A stretch of DNA of 64,000 bases from an uncultured Verrucomicrobia subdivision 3 bacterium. GTDB lineage: Bacteria; Verrucomicrobiota; Verrucomicrobiia; Limisphaerales; UBA11358. Position 1 is the stretch's first letter. Every line of letters starts with the position of its first letter. The notes under the pieces are model-generated. The model made no database searches. It was given only the letters and a program-made list of their open reading frames with translations, and was not told the DNA's origin. Shown here piece after piece: positions 47,605 through 54,489 of this stretch. The position numbers and the translations under genes are program-made. The DNA is taken from positions 393 through 64,392 of the forward strand of contig CAIOUK010000215.1 of the NCBI GenBank assembly GCA_903861445.1, in the 5' to 3' direction.

Positions 47605-48804
47605 ATGCACATCGCTCACGTTCAGGGAATCTTTTCGCCGGAACACGGCGGGCCCACCCAGTCGTTGAGCAATTATTGCCGGGGGCAGGTGGCGGCAGGT
47701 CATCGCGTGGCCGTTTGGACGTTGGAGGGCTATCCCGGCACTTCCCCGGCCCGCCGGCTGCCGTTGCCGGTGGAGATGCATGTGTTCCCGCTAGCGGCAC
47801 CAGCCCGGCTCGGACGCTCCCCCGCCATGCGCCGGGCATTGGCACAGGTTGAACCACCGGACGTCTATCATCTCCACGGAGCATGGCTGCGAGCCATGGC
47901 CTACGGCGCGAACGCGGCCCGTCAGCAACGGCGACCCTATGTGCTGGAAGTGATGGGTATGTATGAAGACTGGGCGCTCCGCCAAAAATGGCACCAAAAA
48001 CGGCTCGTGCGCTGGTGGTTTCAGGATCGGGTGCTGCGCGAGGCGAATTGTCTGCATGTGAATTCCCAGCAGGAAGCGGATGACTTACGCCGGCTGGGCT
48101 TCAAAGCGCCGGTGGCGGTGATCCCGGTGGGCGTGGATATGGAAAAAATAGAAGACCTGAAATCCGAAATCCGAAATCAGGAGTCAGCCATCGAAGTGCA
48201 ATTAAAGAATCATCCGTTCGTGTTGTTCCTCTCCCGCCTGCATTACAAGAAAGGCCTCGATTTGTTGATTCGGGCTTGGGCGGCAGTCAAAAAGTCAGAT
48301 GTCAGCGGTCAGCGGTCAGAATGGCTGCTGGCCATTGCGGGCACTGGCTCGCCGGAATATGTGCACGAGTGTCGCCAACTAGCCGAACAGTTGGGGATTG
48401 CTAAACAATGCCTTTGGCTGGGTCATGTGGACGAATGGCAAAAGAGTTGGTTGTATGCCCGCGCGCATTGCTACGTCCTGCCCACCAACAGCGAAAATTT
48501 TGGCAACACGGTCGCCGAAGCCCTGGCGCATGGCACGCCGGTCATCACGACCATCCACACTCCGTGGGCGGACTTGGAGAAGCATCGTTGCGGCTGGGTG
48601 GTGAATAATACCGTGGAGGCACTGCAACCAGCCCTGATGCAAGCCCTCGCGCTGGACGCCGCCAGCCGGCGCAACATGGGGGCGGCGGGCCAAAAGTGGG
48701 TGCGTGAGGCTTACTCATTGAAATCCGTGTTGAACAGCGTTGAAAGTGTTTATCATTGGGTGGCCGCCGGCGGGTCGCCGCCGGATTGCGTCCGTCTGGA
48801 TTAG
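47605..48804 (+). CDS. glycosyltransferase family 4
   Basis: [35 protein letters not shown] and [22 protein letters not shown]. Contains two short heptamer tracts in loop regions. Confidence 0.9.
   Translation: MHIAHVQGIFSPEHGGPTQSLSNYCRGQVAAGHRVAVWTLEGYPGTSPARRLPLPVEMHVFPLAAPARLGRSPAMRRALAQVEPPDVYHLHGAWLRAMAYGANAARQQRRPYVLEVMGMYEDWALRQKWHQKRLVRWWFQDRVLREANCLHVNSQQEADDLRRLGFKAPVAVIPVGVDMEKIEDLKSEIRNQESAIEVQLKNHPFVLFLSRLHYKKGLDLLIRAWAAVKKSDVSGQRSEWLLAIAGTGSPEYVHECRQLAEQLGIAKQCLWLGHVDEWQKSWLYARAHCYVLPTNSENFGNTVAEALAHGTPVITTIHTPWADLEKHRCGWVVNNTVEALQPALMQALALDAASRRNMGAAGQKWVREAYSLKSVLNSVESVYHWVAAGGSPPDCVRLD
48159..48179. repeat. heptanucleotide repeat gaaatcc x2 plus gaaatca inside the GT4 gene
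   Basis: It encodes LKSEIRNQ in the inter-domain linker after VIPVGVD. Confidence 0.85.
48301..48320. repeat. heptanucleotide repeat gtcagcg x2 plus gtcaga inside the GT4 gene
   Basis: It encodes VSGQRSE in a loop before LLAIAGTG. Confidence 0.85.
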
Positions 48805-48826
48805 AATTTTTTTAAACTCTACCACC

Positions 48827-49399
48827 ATGCAAGTTGACCTTTCAAAATTTTCGACCGCCGGCTTTGGCCGCGGCGCTTCCCGTTTCAAAGAAGCGCTCTG
48901 GGTTTTGGTGCGTTGTGTTTTTTTTGCGCCGGTCTGGCCGCTGCCCAGCGTCGTGCGGGTCTTTTGGTTGCGCCGGTTTGGAGCCAAAATCGGCCAAGGC
49001 GTCGTCATCCGTTCCCGCGTGAACATCCATTTCCCCTGGCGGTTGGAAATCGGGGATCACGTCTGGATCGGCGAGGAATGCTGGCTCCTCAATCTGGCAC
49101 CCATCGCCATCGGAAGCCACGTCTGTCTTTCGCAACGCGCCTTTCTCTGCACCGGCAACCATGATTACAAGTCGCCGGACTTCACGCTCATCGTAAAACC
49201 CATTCACGTCGAAACCGGCGCGTGGATTGGCGCAGCGGCATTTGTCGGTCCGGGCGTGCGCGTGGGCAGCCATGCCGTCCTCACCGCTGGCTCGGTAGCC
49301 ACAAAAGATTTGCCACCCTTCGCCATCTGTCAAGGCAACCCGGCCAGCCGCATCAAAGACCGGATTCTATCGCCGGACAACCCGGCGACCACTGCATGA
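48827..49399 (+). CDS. WcaF-like left-handed beta-helix (hexapeptide) acetyltransferase
   Basis: ATG 48827. Motifs [43 protein letters not shown] and [33 protein letters not shown]. Confidence 0.85.
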   Translation: MQVDLSKFSTAGFGRGASRFKEALWVLVRCVFFAPVWPLPSVVRVFWLRRFGAKIGQGVVIRSRVNIHFPWRLEIGDHVWIGEECWLLNLAPIAIGSHVCLSQRAFLCTGNHDYKSPDFTLIVKPIHVETGAWIGAAAFVGPGVRVGSHAVLTAGSVATKDLPPFAICQGNPASRIKDRILSPDNPATTA

Positions 49400-49962
49400 A
49401 ACGCCGGCGTTGGCTGGTCATCGCGGCTGCCGTATTCGGCCTGTTGGTGTTACTGGTGCTGCTTGCCGCTCCATTTCCGAGGCAAATTTTGACGGTGGAT
49501 AACGGTTCGGTAAAGACGGATGTCATGGTGGTGTTGGGCGGTTTTGCCGTAGAACGTCCACAACGCGCTGCGGAATTATTCCAAGCGGGTGAGGCACCCA
49601 AAATCATTCTCAGCGGCAGCGGCGACGGACTCGTCAATCGGCAATTGCTCCAGAAGATTGGCGTGCCAGAAAACGCCATGATACTGGAAGATCGTTCGAT
49701 TTCCACGGTTGAGAACGCCAAATTTTCCATACTCTTGCTTCGCCAGATGGGCGCGCATAAGGTCATCATTGTCACTTCCTGGTATCACTCACGCCGGGCG
49801 CTGGCGACGTTCAAACATTTCGCCCCCGACCTGCAATTTTATTCGCGCCCGGCCTATTTTGGTTACGACACCAAAAACCGCCAAGTGATCAGTGGATTCA
49901 TACATTTGGAATACTTCAAATTAGTCTATCACTGGTTGCGGGATGGCATCTGCCCGTTGTAA
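49396..49962 (+). CDS. DUF218/YdcF/ElyC-family protein with an N-terminal membrane anchor
   Basis: ATGA overlap with the upstream gene. Anchor [23 protein letters not shown], then VMVVLGG...KIILSGSG...STVENAKFS...[14 protein letters not shown]. Confidence 0.8.
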   Translation: MKRRRWLVIAAAVFGLLVLLVLLAAPFPRQILTVDNGSVKTDVMVVLGGFAVERPQRAAELFQAGEAPKIILSGSGDGLVNRQLLQKIGVPENAMILEDRSISTVENAKFSILLLRQMGAHKVIIVTSWYHSRRALATFKHFAPDLQFYSRPAYFGYDTKNRQVISGFIHLEYFKLVYHWLRDGICPL

Positions 49963-49977
49963 ATTAAATCCCCTGCT

Positions 49978-51600
49978 TTGAATTCAGCTTTCAAATCTCA
50001 ATTCGCAGTTTTTCGACTCGCGCTTTGCGCTTTGCCGCTGGTCTGGCTGTGGTGCGTTCTGCTCAATGACCTCCGCGTGGAATGGACCGTCAATCCGCAA
50101 TACGCCTACGGCTGGGCCGTGCCGTTCTTGTGTATTTTTCTCCTGCTCCGAAAAATTTTCCGACCTACAGCTGGAATCACTCCGCCGGCAACGGCCAACT
50201 TCCGGCTATCGCCGATTCTCTGCCAAATCATTTTCGGGTTGCTGGCGTTGCTCTATTTGCCCGCTCGTCTGATTCAGGAAGCCAATCCCGGCTGGCGGCT
50301 CGTGAGCTGGGCGCTGGCCATTTCAGTCATCGGCATCACTCTTTGCGTTCTGCGCTCGGCGCTTGGCGCTTCGCGCCTTCAGGTTTCAGGTTTCAGGTTT
50401 CAGGTTTCGGACTTTGCTTTCCCACTGTTTTTTTTCCTCGTGGCCGTGCCATGGCCGACGCTGATTGAAAATCCGTTGATCCAAACCCTGACTCACTTTG
50501 ATGTCCGCGCGACGTGTGATTTGGCCGGCTGGCTCGGCATTCCAGCCATCCCGCACGCCAACGTCATCGAGGTGGCGACGGGCTTGGTGGGCATCGACGA
50601 AGCGTGCAGCGGCATCCGTTCATTCCAAGCCACGCTGATGATTTCACTGTTCCTCGGTGAGTATTATGCCTTGGGACTTGCCCGTCGGCTATTCTGCGTG
50701 GGGTGCGGATTTTTACTGGCCTTGCTGCTCAATCTCGTCCGATTGCTGGTGCTGGTCTGGGTGGCGGCGCAGCGAGGGATTCCAGCCACGACCCGGTGGC
50801 ACGACCCGACGGGGGTGTTCATTTTGCTCGGTTGCTTCTTTGTGTTATGGGGCATTGGAGTCTGGCTGGCGCCAGCAAAAGCCAAGTTAGAAGTCAGCAG
50901 TCAGCAGCCAGCAACTGGAAGTCAAAACTCAAAACCCTCCGCCTCCGAACTTTCCGTTTTCCGTTTTCCGTTTTCTGCGGTGGCCTTAACCGGCTGGCTG
51001 CTGTGCGTGCAAGTGGGCGTGGAAGGCTGGTATCGGTGGCATGAAACCCGGTTGCCCGCCGCGACGGTTTGGCAAGTGGCGTGGCCGACCAACAATCCCA
51101 CTTTCACCGAGCGCGACATTCCGGTGACTTCGCGGCAAATCCTTCGGTTTGATGACGGGCGCAATGCCGGCTGGCAGGAGGATAATCTAAATTGGCAGGT
51201 GATTTTTCTCCACTGGCAACCCGGCCGTGCGGCCGTGCGGCTGGCGCAGAACCACACGCCCGAAGTTTGTCTGGCGGCCGTCGGCCATCAGCTTACCGGG
51301 GGTAGAGAATTGCAATTCCTCGCGGTCAACGGTTTGAAAATGCCGTTCCGTTTTTATCAACTCACCGATACGCCGCAGCCAGTCTTCGTGGCCTATTGCT
51401 TATGGAACGACCGGGCGGGTTCCCGCAAGTTTGAAACTAGCTCCCTGACGGCCAGCAGTCGAATCGCCGCCGTGCGAGCGGGTCAACGCAACGCCGGCCA
51501 ACGCTCACTGGAAATCGCCCTTACGGGTCTAAGCGATCTTGCTGCGGCCCAAACCGCCGTGCAACAGTTGCTCGAAAAAATCATTGTGCCCGAACGGTGA
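49978..51600 (+). CDS. exosortase fused to a C-terminal EpsI-family domain
   Basis: TTG start (uncertain). Polytopic N-terminal ~300 aa with the exosortase catalytic region GIDEACSGIRSFQATLMISLFLGE and NLVRLLVLVW. A low-complexity linker, then TM SAVALTGWLLCVQVGV and an EpsI-like domain with HTPEVCLAAVGH. Confidence 0.85.
   Translation: MNSAFKSQFAVFRLALCALPLVWLWCVLLNDLRVEWTVNPQYAYGWAVPFLCIFLLLRKIFRPTAGITPPATANFRLSPILCQIIFGLLALLYLPARLIQEANPGWRLVSWALAISVIGITLCVLRSALGASRLQVSGFRFQVSDFAFPLFFFLVAVPWPTLIENPLIQTLTHFDVRATCDLAGWLGIPAIPHANVIEVATGLVGIDEACSGIRSFQATLMISLFLGEYYALGLARRLFCVGCGFLLALLLNLVRLLVLVWVAAQRGIPATTRWHDPTGVFILLGCFFVLWGIGVWLAPAKAKLEVSSQQPATGSQNSKPSASELSVFRFPFSAVALTGWLLCVQVGVEGWYRWHETRLPAATVWQVAWPTNNPTFTERDIPVTSRQILRFDDGRNAGWQEDNLNWQVIFLHWQPGRAAVRLAQNHTPEVCLAAVGHQLTGGRELQFLAVNGLKMPFRFYQLTDTPQPVFVAYCLWNDRAGSRKFETSSLTASSRIAAVRAGQRNAGQRSLEIALTGLSDLAAAQTAVQQLLEKIIVPER
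50378..50410. repeat. heptanucleotide tandem repeat ttcaggt x4 plus a partial unit inside the exosortase gene
   Basis: ttcaggtttcaggtttcaggtttcaggtttcgg. It encodes LQVSGFRFQVSD in a loop before FPLFFFLVAVPWPT. Confidence 0.95.
50893..50976. repeat. block of heptad units forming the exosortase-EpsI linker
   Basis: gtcagca gtcagca gccagca ... gtcaaaa ctcaaaa ... ttccgtt ttccgtt ttccgtt ttctg. It encodes SSQQPATGSQNSKPSASELSVFRFPFS. Confidence 0.85.
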
Positions 51601-51610
51601 ATTCCGCGTC

Positions 51611-51694
51611 GTGAAAATTCTTCTGCTCAACCAGGTTTTTAACCCCGATGCTGTCGCCACCGCGCAACATTTGAGCGATCTAGCGCCGGTGTGA
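51611..51694 (+). pseudogene. 27-codon remnant of a glycosyltransferase 5' end (homologous to the start of the GT4 gene at 52760)
   Basis: GTG 51611 encodes VKILLLNQVFNPDAVATAQHLSDLAPV then a stop. Compare MKILLLNQVFFPDVVSTAQHLSDLATALA at 52760. By my hand count 57 of 72 nt are identical, with most differences at third codon positions. Confidence 0.75.
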
Positions 51695-51755
51695 GTTGGC
51701 TACCTGATAGGTATTTTTTATTAAAACAAATCAAAGATTAGATCGTTTATTATGG

Positions 51756-52763
51756 GTGGATTGCTGCAAGGGTATCTGCATCGTGCTGGTGGTTTTTGGG
51801 TATGTGACAGGCGGCTTGGAGGCGGCAAAGGCTCTCTCCGCCGATTCCATATTTCTGACGTTGCGAACATGGGTTTATCTGTTTCATATGCCGGCCTTTT
51901 TCCTCCTGTCGGGTTTGTTTGCCGGCAAAGCGGTTGGACGGCCATGGCGTGCACTTTTTCAAAACAAGACGAGAACACTGGTCTATCCTTACATCCTATG
52001 GACCGGGATTTATTTAGCCTCGCAAATTCTCTTGGTGCGTTATGTGAATAACCCGCCAAATATCGGCAGGGCGCTCCATTTGCTTTGGGAGCCTTATGGA
52101 TATGGCCTTTGGTTTCTGTATAGCCTCTTTCTGATTTCAATGATGTTCCATCTGTTATTGGTGGCAGGAGTGCGCAAGCAAATCCTGTTGCTGACGGCAG
52201 TCGCGTTCCATCTGGGGGCATGGTTTAATGCGTTTGCTTTTTGGCCCATTTTAAATACCGCGATGCTGAATCTCATTTTCTTTGCCGTAGGGTCTATTTA
52301 TGTGGAAAAAATCTCGGCCAGCTTGCCAAGCGTCAACAGAATGAAATTAATTGCAGCAGGAATGGTGTTACTTGGATTGATGACTATTATATTTGCCATG
52401 CCAAACTACGCGAAGTTGCCACTAGGTTTGACAACTGCGTTGCTGGGAATCGTTGGCATTATTGCTTTGTCTCATGGATTAATCGGTTTGGCAGTAGGTC
52501 GGTTCTTTTCTGTGCTGGGCTTTTACTCTCTGGAAATATATCTGGGACATCCCCTTTGTAGCACCGCAGCGCGGGCTGTTTGGAGCCGTATTGGCATCTC
52601 GTCGGAATTTTTAATGGTGTTGTTTATTGTCTCTGCAGGAGTATTTGTTTCCCTCGCGATAGCCTTGCTTTGCCAAAAGCTGCAATTCCCTTACCTATTC
52701 CGATGGCCGCAGTTTCACCTCAAGCCTAGCATTGAAAGGGAATCCGATCTTTGCACAAAATGA
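51756..52763 (+). CDS. membrane acyltransferase family 3 (no SGNH domain)
   Basis: GTG 51756 is the first canonical start after an in-frame TAG at 51708. Motif DCCKGICIVLVVFGYV...VYLFHMPAFFLLSGLF and ~10 TM segments. The stop overlaps ATG 52760 as ATGA. A+T-rich leader (ttttttattaaaacaaatcaaagattag). Confidence 0.8.
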   Translation: MDCCKGICIVLVVFGYVTGGLEAAKALSADSIFLTLRTWVYLFHMPAFFLLSGLFAGKAVGRPWRALFQNKTRTLVYPYILWTGIYLASQILLVRYVNNPPNIGRALHLLWEPYGYGLWFLYSLFLISMMFHLLLVAGVRKQILLLTAVAFHLGAWFNAFAFWPILNTAMLNLIFFAVGSIYVEKISASLPSVNRMKLIAAGMVLLGLMTIIFAMPNYAKLPLGLTTALLGIVGIIALSHGLIGLAVGRFFSVLGFYSLEIYLGHPLCSTAARAVWSRIGISSEFLMVLFIVSAGVFVSLAIALLCQKLQFPYLFRWPQFHLKPSIERESDLCTK

Positions 52764-53983
52764 AAATCCTCCTGCTCAACCAGGTCTTTTTTCCCGACGT
52801 TGTCTCCACAGCGCAGCATTTAAGCGATTTGGCAACAGCGCTGGCGGCGCGTGGCCATGAAGTGACGGTGGTCAGCAGCCGCAGGGGTTATGATCATCCC
52901 GATATGATCTATCCCGCGTGCGAAACCTGGCGCGGCATCAAAATTCGCCGCGTTTTTTCCACGCGCTTCGGCAAAGGCGCCAAGTGGCGGCGCGCGGCGG
53001 ACTTTGCCAGTTTTCTGATTTGCTGCTGCACCCGGCTCTTGTTCCTGCCGCGTCAAGACGTGGTGCTGGCGCTGACCACGCCGCCGCTCATTTCCTTCAT
53101 CGGGGCGTGGCGGGCAAAATTGTGGCGGGCGCGCTTTTGCTATTGGGTCATGGATTTCAATCCGGACGAGGCCATCGCCGCCGGCTGGCTGCGGGCGGAT
53201 TCGTTTGCGGCAAAATTTCTGGAACGGCTCTCGTGTTTCAGCCTGCGCCGGGCGGAAGGTATCATTGCGCTGGACCGCTTCATGCGCGACCGCATCGTGG
53301 CCAAGGGCATCGCGCCGGAAAAAGTCGCCGTCATTCCGCCGTGGTCACAGGATGATGAAGTTCGCTTTGATGCGGCGGGGCGGGAAAAGTTTCGCACTGC
53401 GCACGCCCTCGCAGGAAAATTCGTCGTAATGTATTCCGGCAATCACAGCCCGGTGCATCCGCTGGATACATTGATGCAGGCGGCAGAGCGGTTGCGCCAG
53501 GAAACGGACATCGTATTTTGTTTTGTTGGCGGTGGCAGCGAATTTGCGCGTGTAAGAAAATGGGCAGCCGCCACCGGCAATCCACAAGTGCTTTGCCTGC
53601 CATATCAGCCGCTGGATCAACTATCCGCCTCGCTCTCGGCGGCAGATGCGCATGTCGTAGTCATGGGCGACGCTATGCTTGGCTTGGTTCACCCCTGTAA
53701 AATCTACAATGTTCTTTCCGTTGGAGCCCCGGTGATTTATATCGGGCCGACAACCAGCCACGTCACGGAAATTCTGGAAGGCTTGCAGCCGCACCATCCG
53801 TGGATTGGCGTGCGGCACGGGGCAGCGGAGGATTTGGCTCGTCAAATTCGAGAAATGCGCACAGCTGGAGTGGCTCATGACCGCCGTCTGCCAGTTGCCG
53901 TGGCGGCGCGCTATTCGCAGGCCATGCTGTTGCCACAATTGTTGGCGGTGTTGGCCGGCAAAGGTAATGCGGCCGCAGACTGA
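52760..53983 (+). CDS. glycosyltransferase family 4
   Basis: MKILLLNQVFFPDVVSTAQHLSDLATALAARGHEVTVVSS (GT4 N-domain) and VMYSGNHSPVHPLDTLMQAA...FCFVGGGSEF. The ORF-track TTG at 52751 is also possible. Confidence 0.88.
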   Translation: MKILLLNQVFFPDVVSTAQHLSDLATALAARGHEVTVVSSRRGYDHPDMIYPACETWRGIKIRRVFSTRFGKGAKWRRAADFASFLICCCTRLLFLPRQDVVLALTTPPLISFIGAWRAKLWRARFCYWVMDFNPDEAIAAGWLRADSFAAKFLERLSCFSLRRAEGIIALDRFMRDRIVAKGIAPEKVAVIPPWSQDDEVRFDAAGREKFRTAHALAGKFVVMYSGNHSPVHPLDTLMQAAERLRQETDIVFCFVGGGSEFARVRKWAAATGNPQVLCLPYQPLDQLSASLSAADAHVVVMGDAMLGLVHPCKIYNVLSVGAPVIYIGPTTSHVTEILEGLQPHHPWIGVRHGAAEDLARQIREMRTAGVAHDRRLPVAVAARYSQAMLLPQLLAVLAGKGNAAAD

Positions 53984-54015
53984 CACTTTCCTGTAATCAT
54001 TTTCCAATTCCATTC

Positions 54016-54054
54016 ATCCCCGCCGGCTTCAGTTGGCGGGGATGTTTGCTTTTT
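54016..54054 (+). terminator. rho-independent terminator candidate closing the polysaccharide operon
   Basis: 9-bp stem atccccgcc / ggcggggat (54016-54024 and 54035-54043) with a 10-nt loop, followed by gtttgcttttt. Confidence 0.6.
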
Positions 54055-54489
54055 GGGAGCATAAGCCTCTGCGCTCGTTCCCCAATGGTTTCAATCATCC
54101 CACAAGGTTTTAGGTTTTTTTCGACTTCAGGAACTATTTGGGGCAGGGGAGGAACTATTTCCAACTCAACTCCAAAATATTAGAAAACTATTATTTTACT
54201 GGAGTTTTTACTAGTGGTGAAAGTTTTGAAACGCACTCGTGAGCACTGCAATTGATCAATGCCTTGTGATATGTTTTACTCTGAAGCGAGCTGGTCGCGG
54301 CTGTTTTTTTCTTGGGAAAACTGCACCGTATCAGGGGTAGTTGTTATGCAAAAAGGTATTGTATTAAGAGGTGTGATTATGGGAAAACCAGTCGACACCA
54401 GCGCAATCATATCATGATTGTCAAAATTGACCGGCTTGCTATGGCTGTTAACCGTTGTCGGGAATCATAATAATAAAACGAAACGAACC

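Noticed and set aside
51700-52760. A transposase, integrase or inverted terminal repeats that might explain the acyltransferase cassette insertion
   Set aside because: There is no such ORF and I found no terminal inverted repeats. The flanking homology is a direct, diverged duplicate of the GT 5' end, which points to homologous recombination rather than transposition.
54331-54345. The caggggtag segment upstream of the second PDZ/HEAT paralog, considered as a third copy of the 22-bp operator
   Set aside because: Only 7 nt are shared and there is no dyad symmetry.
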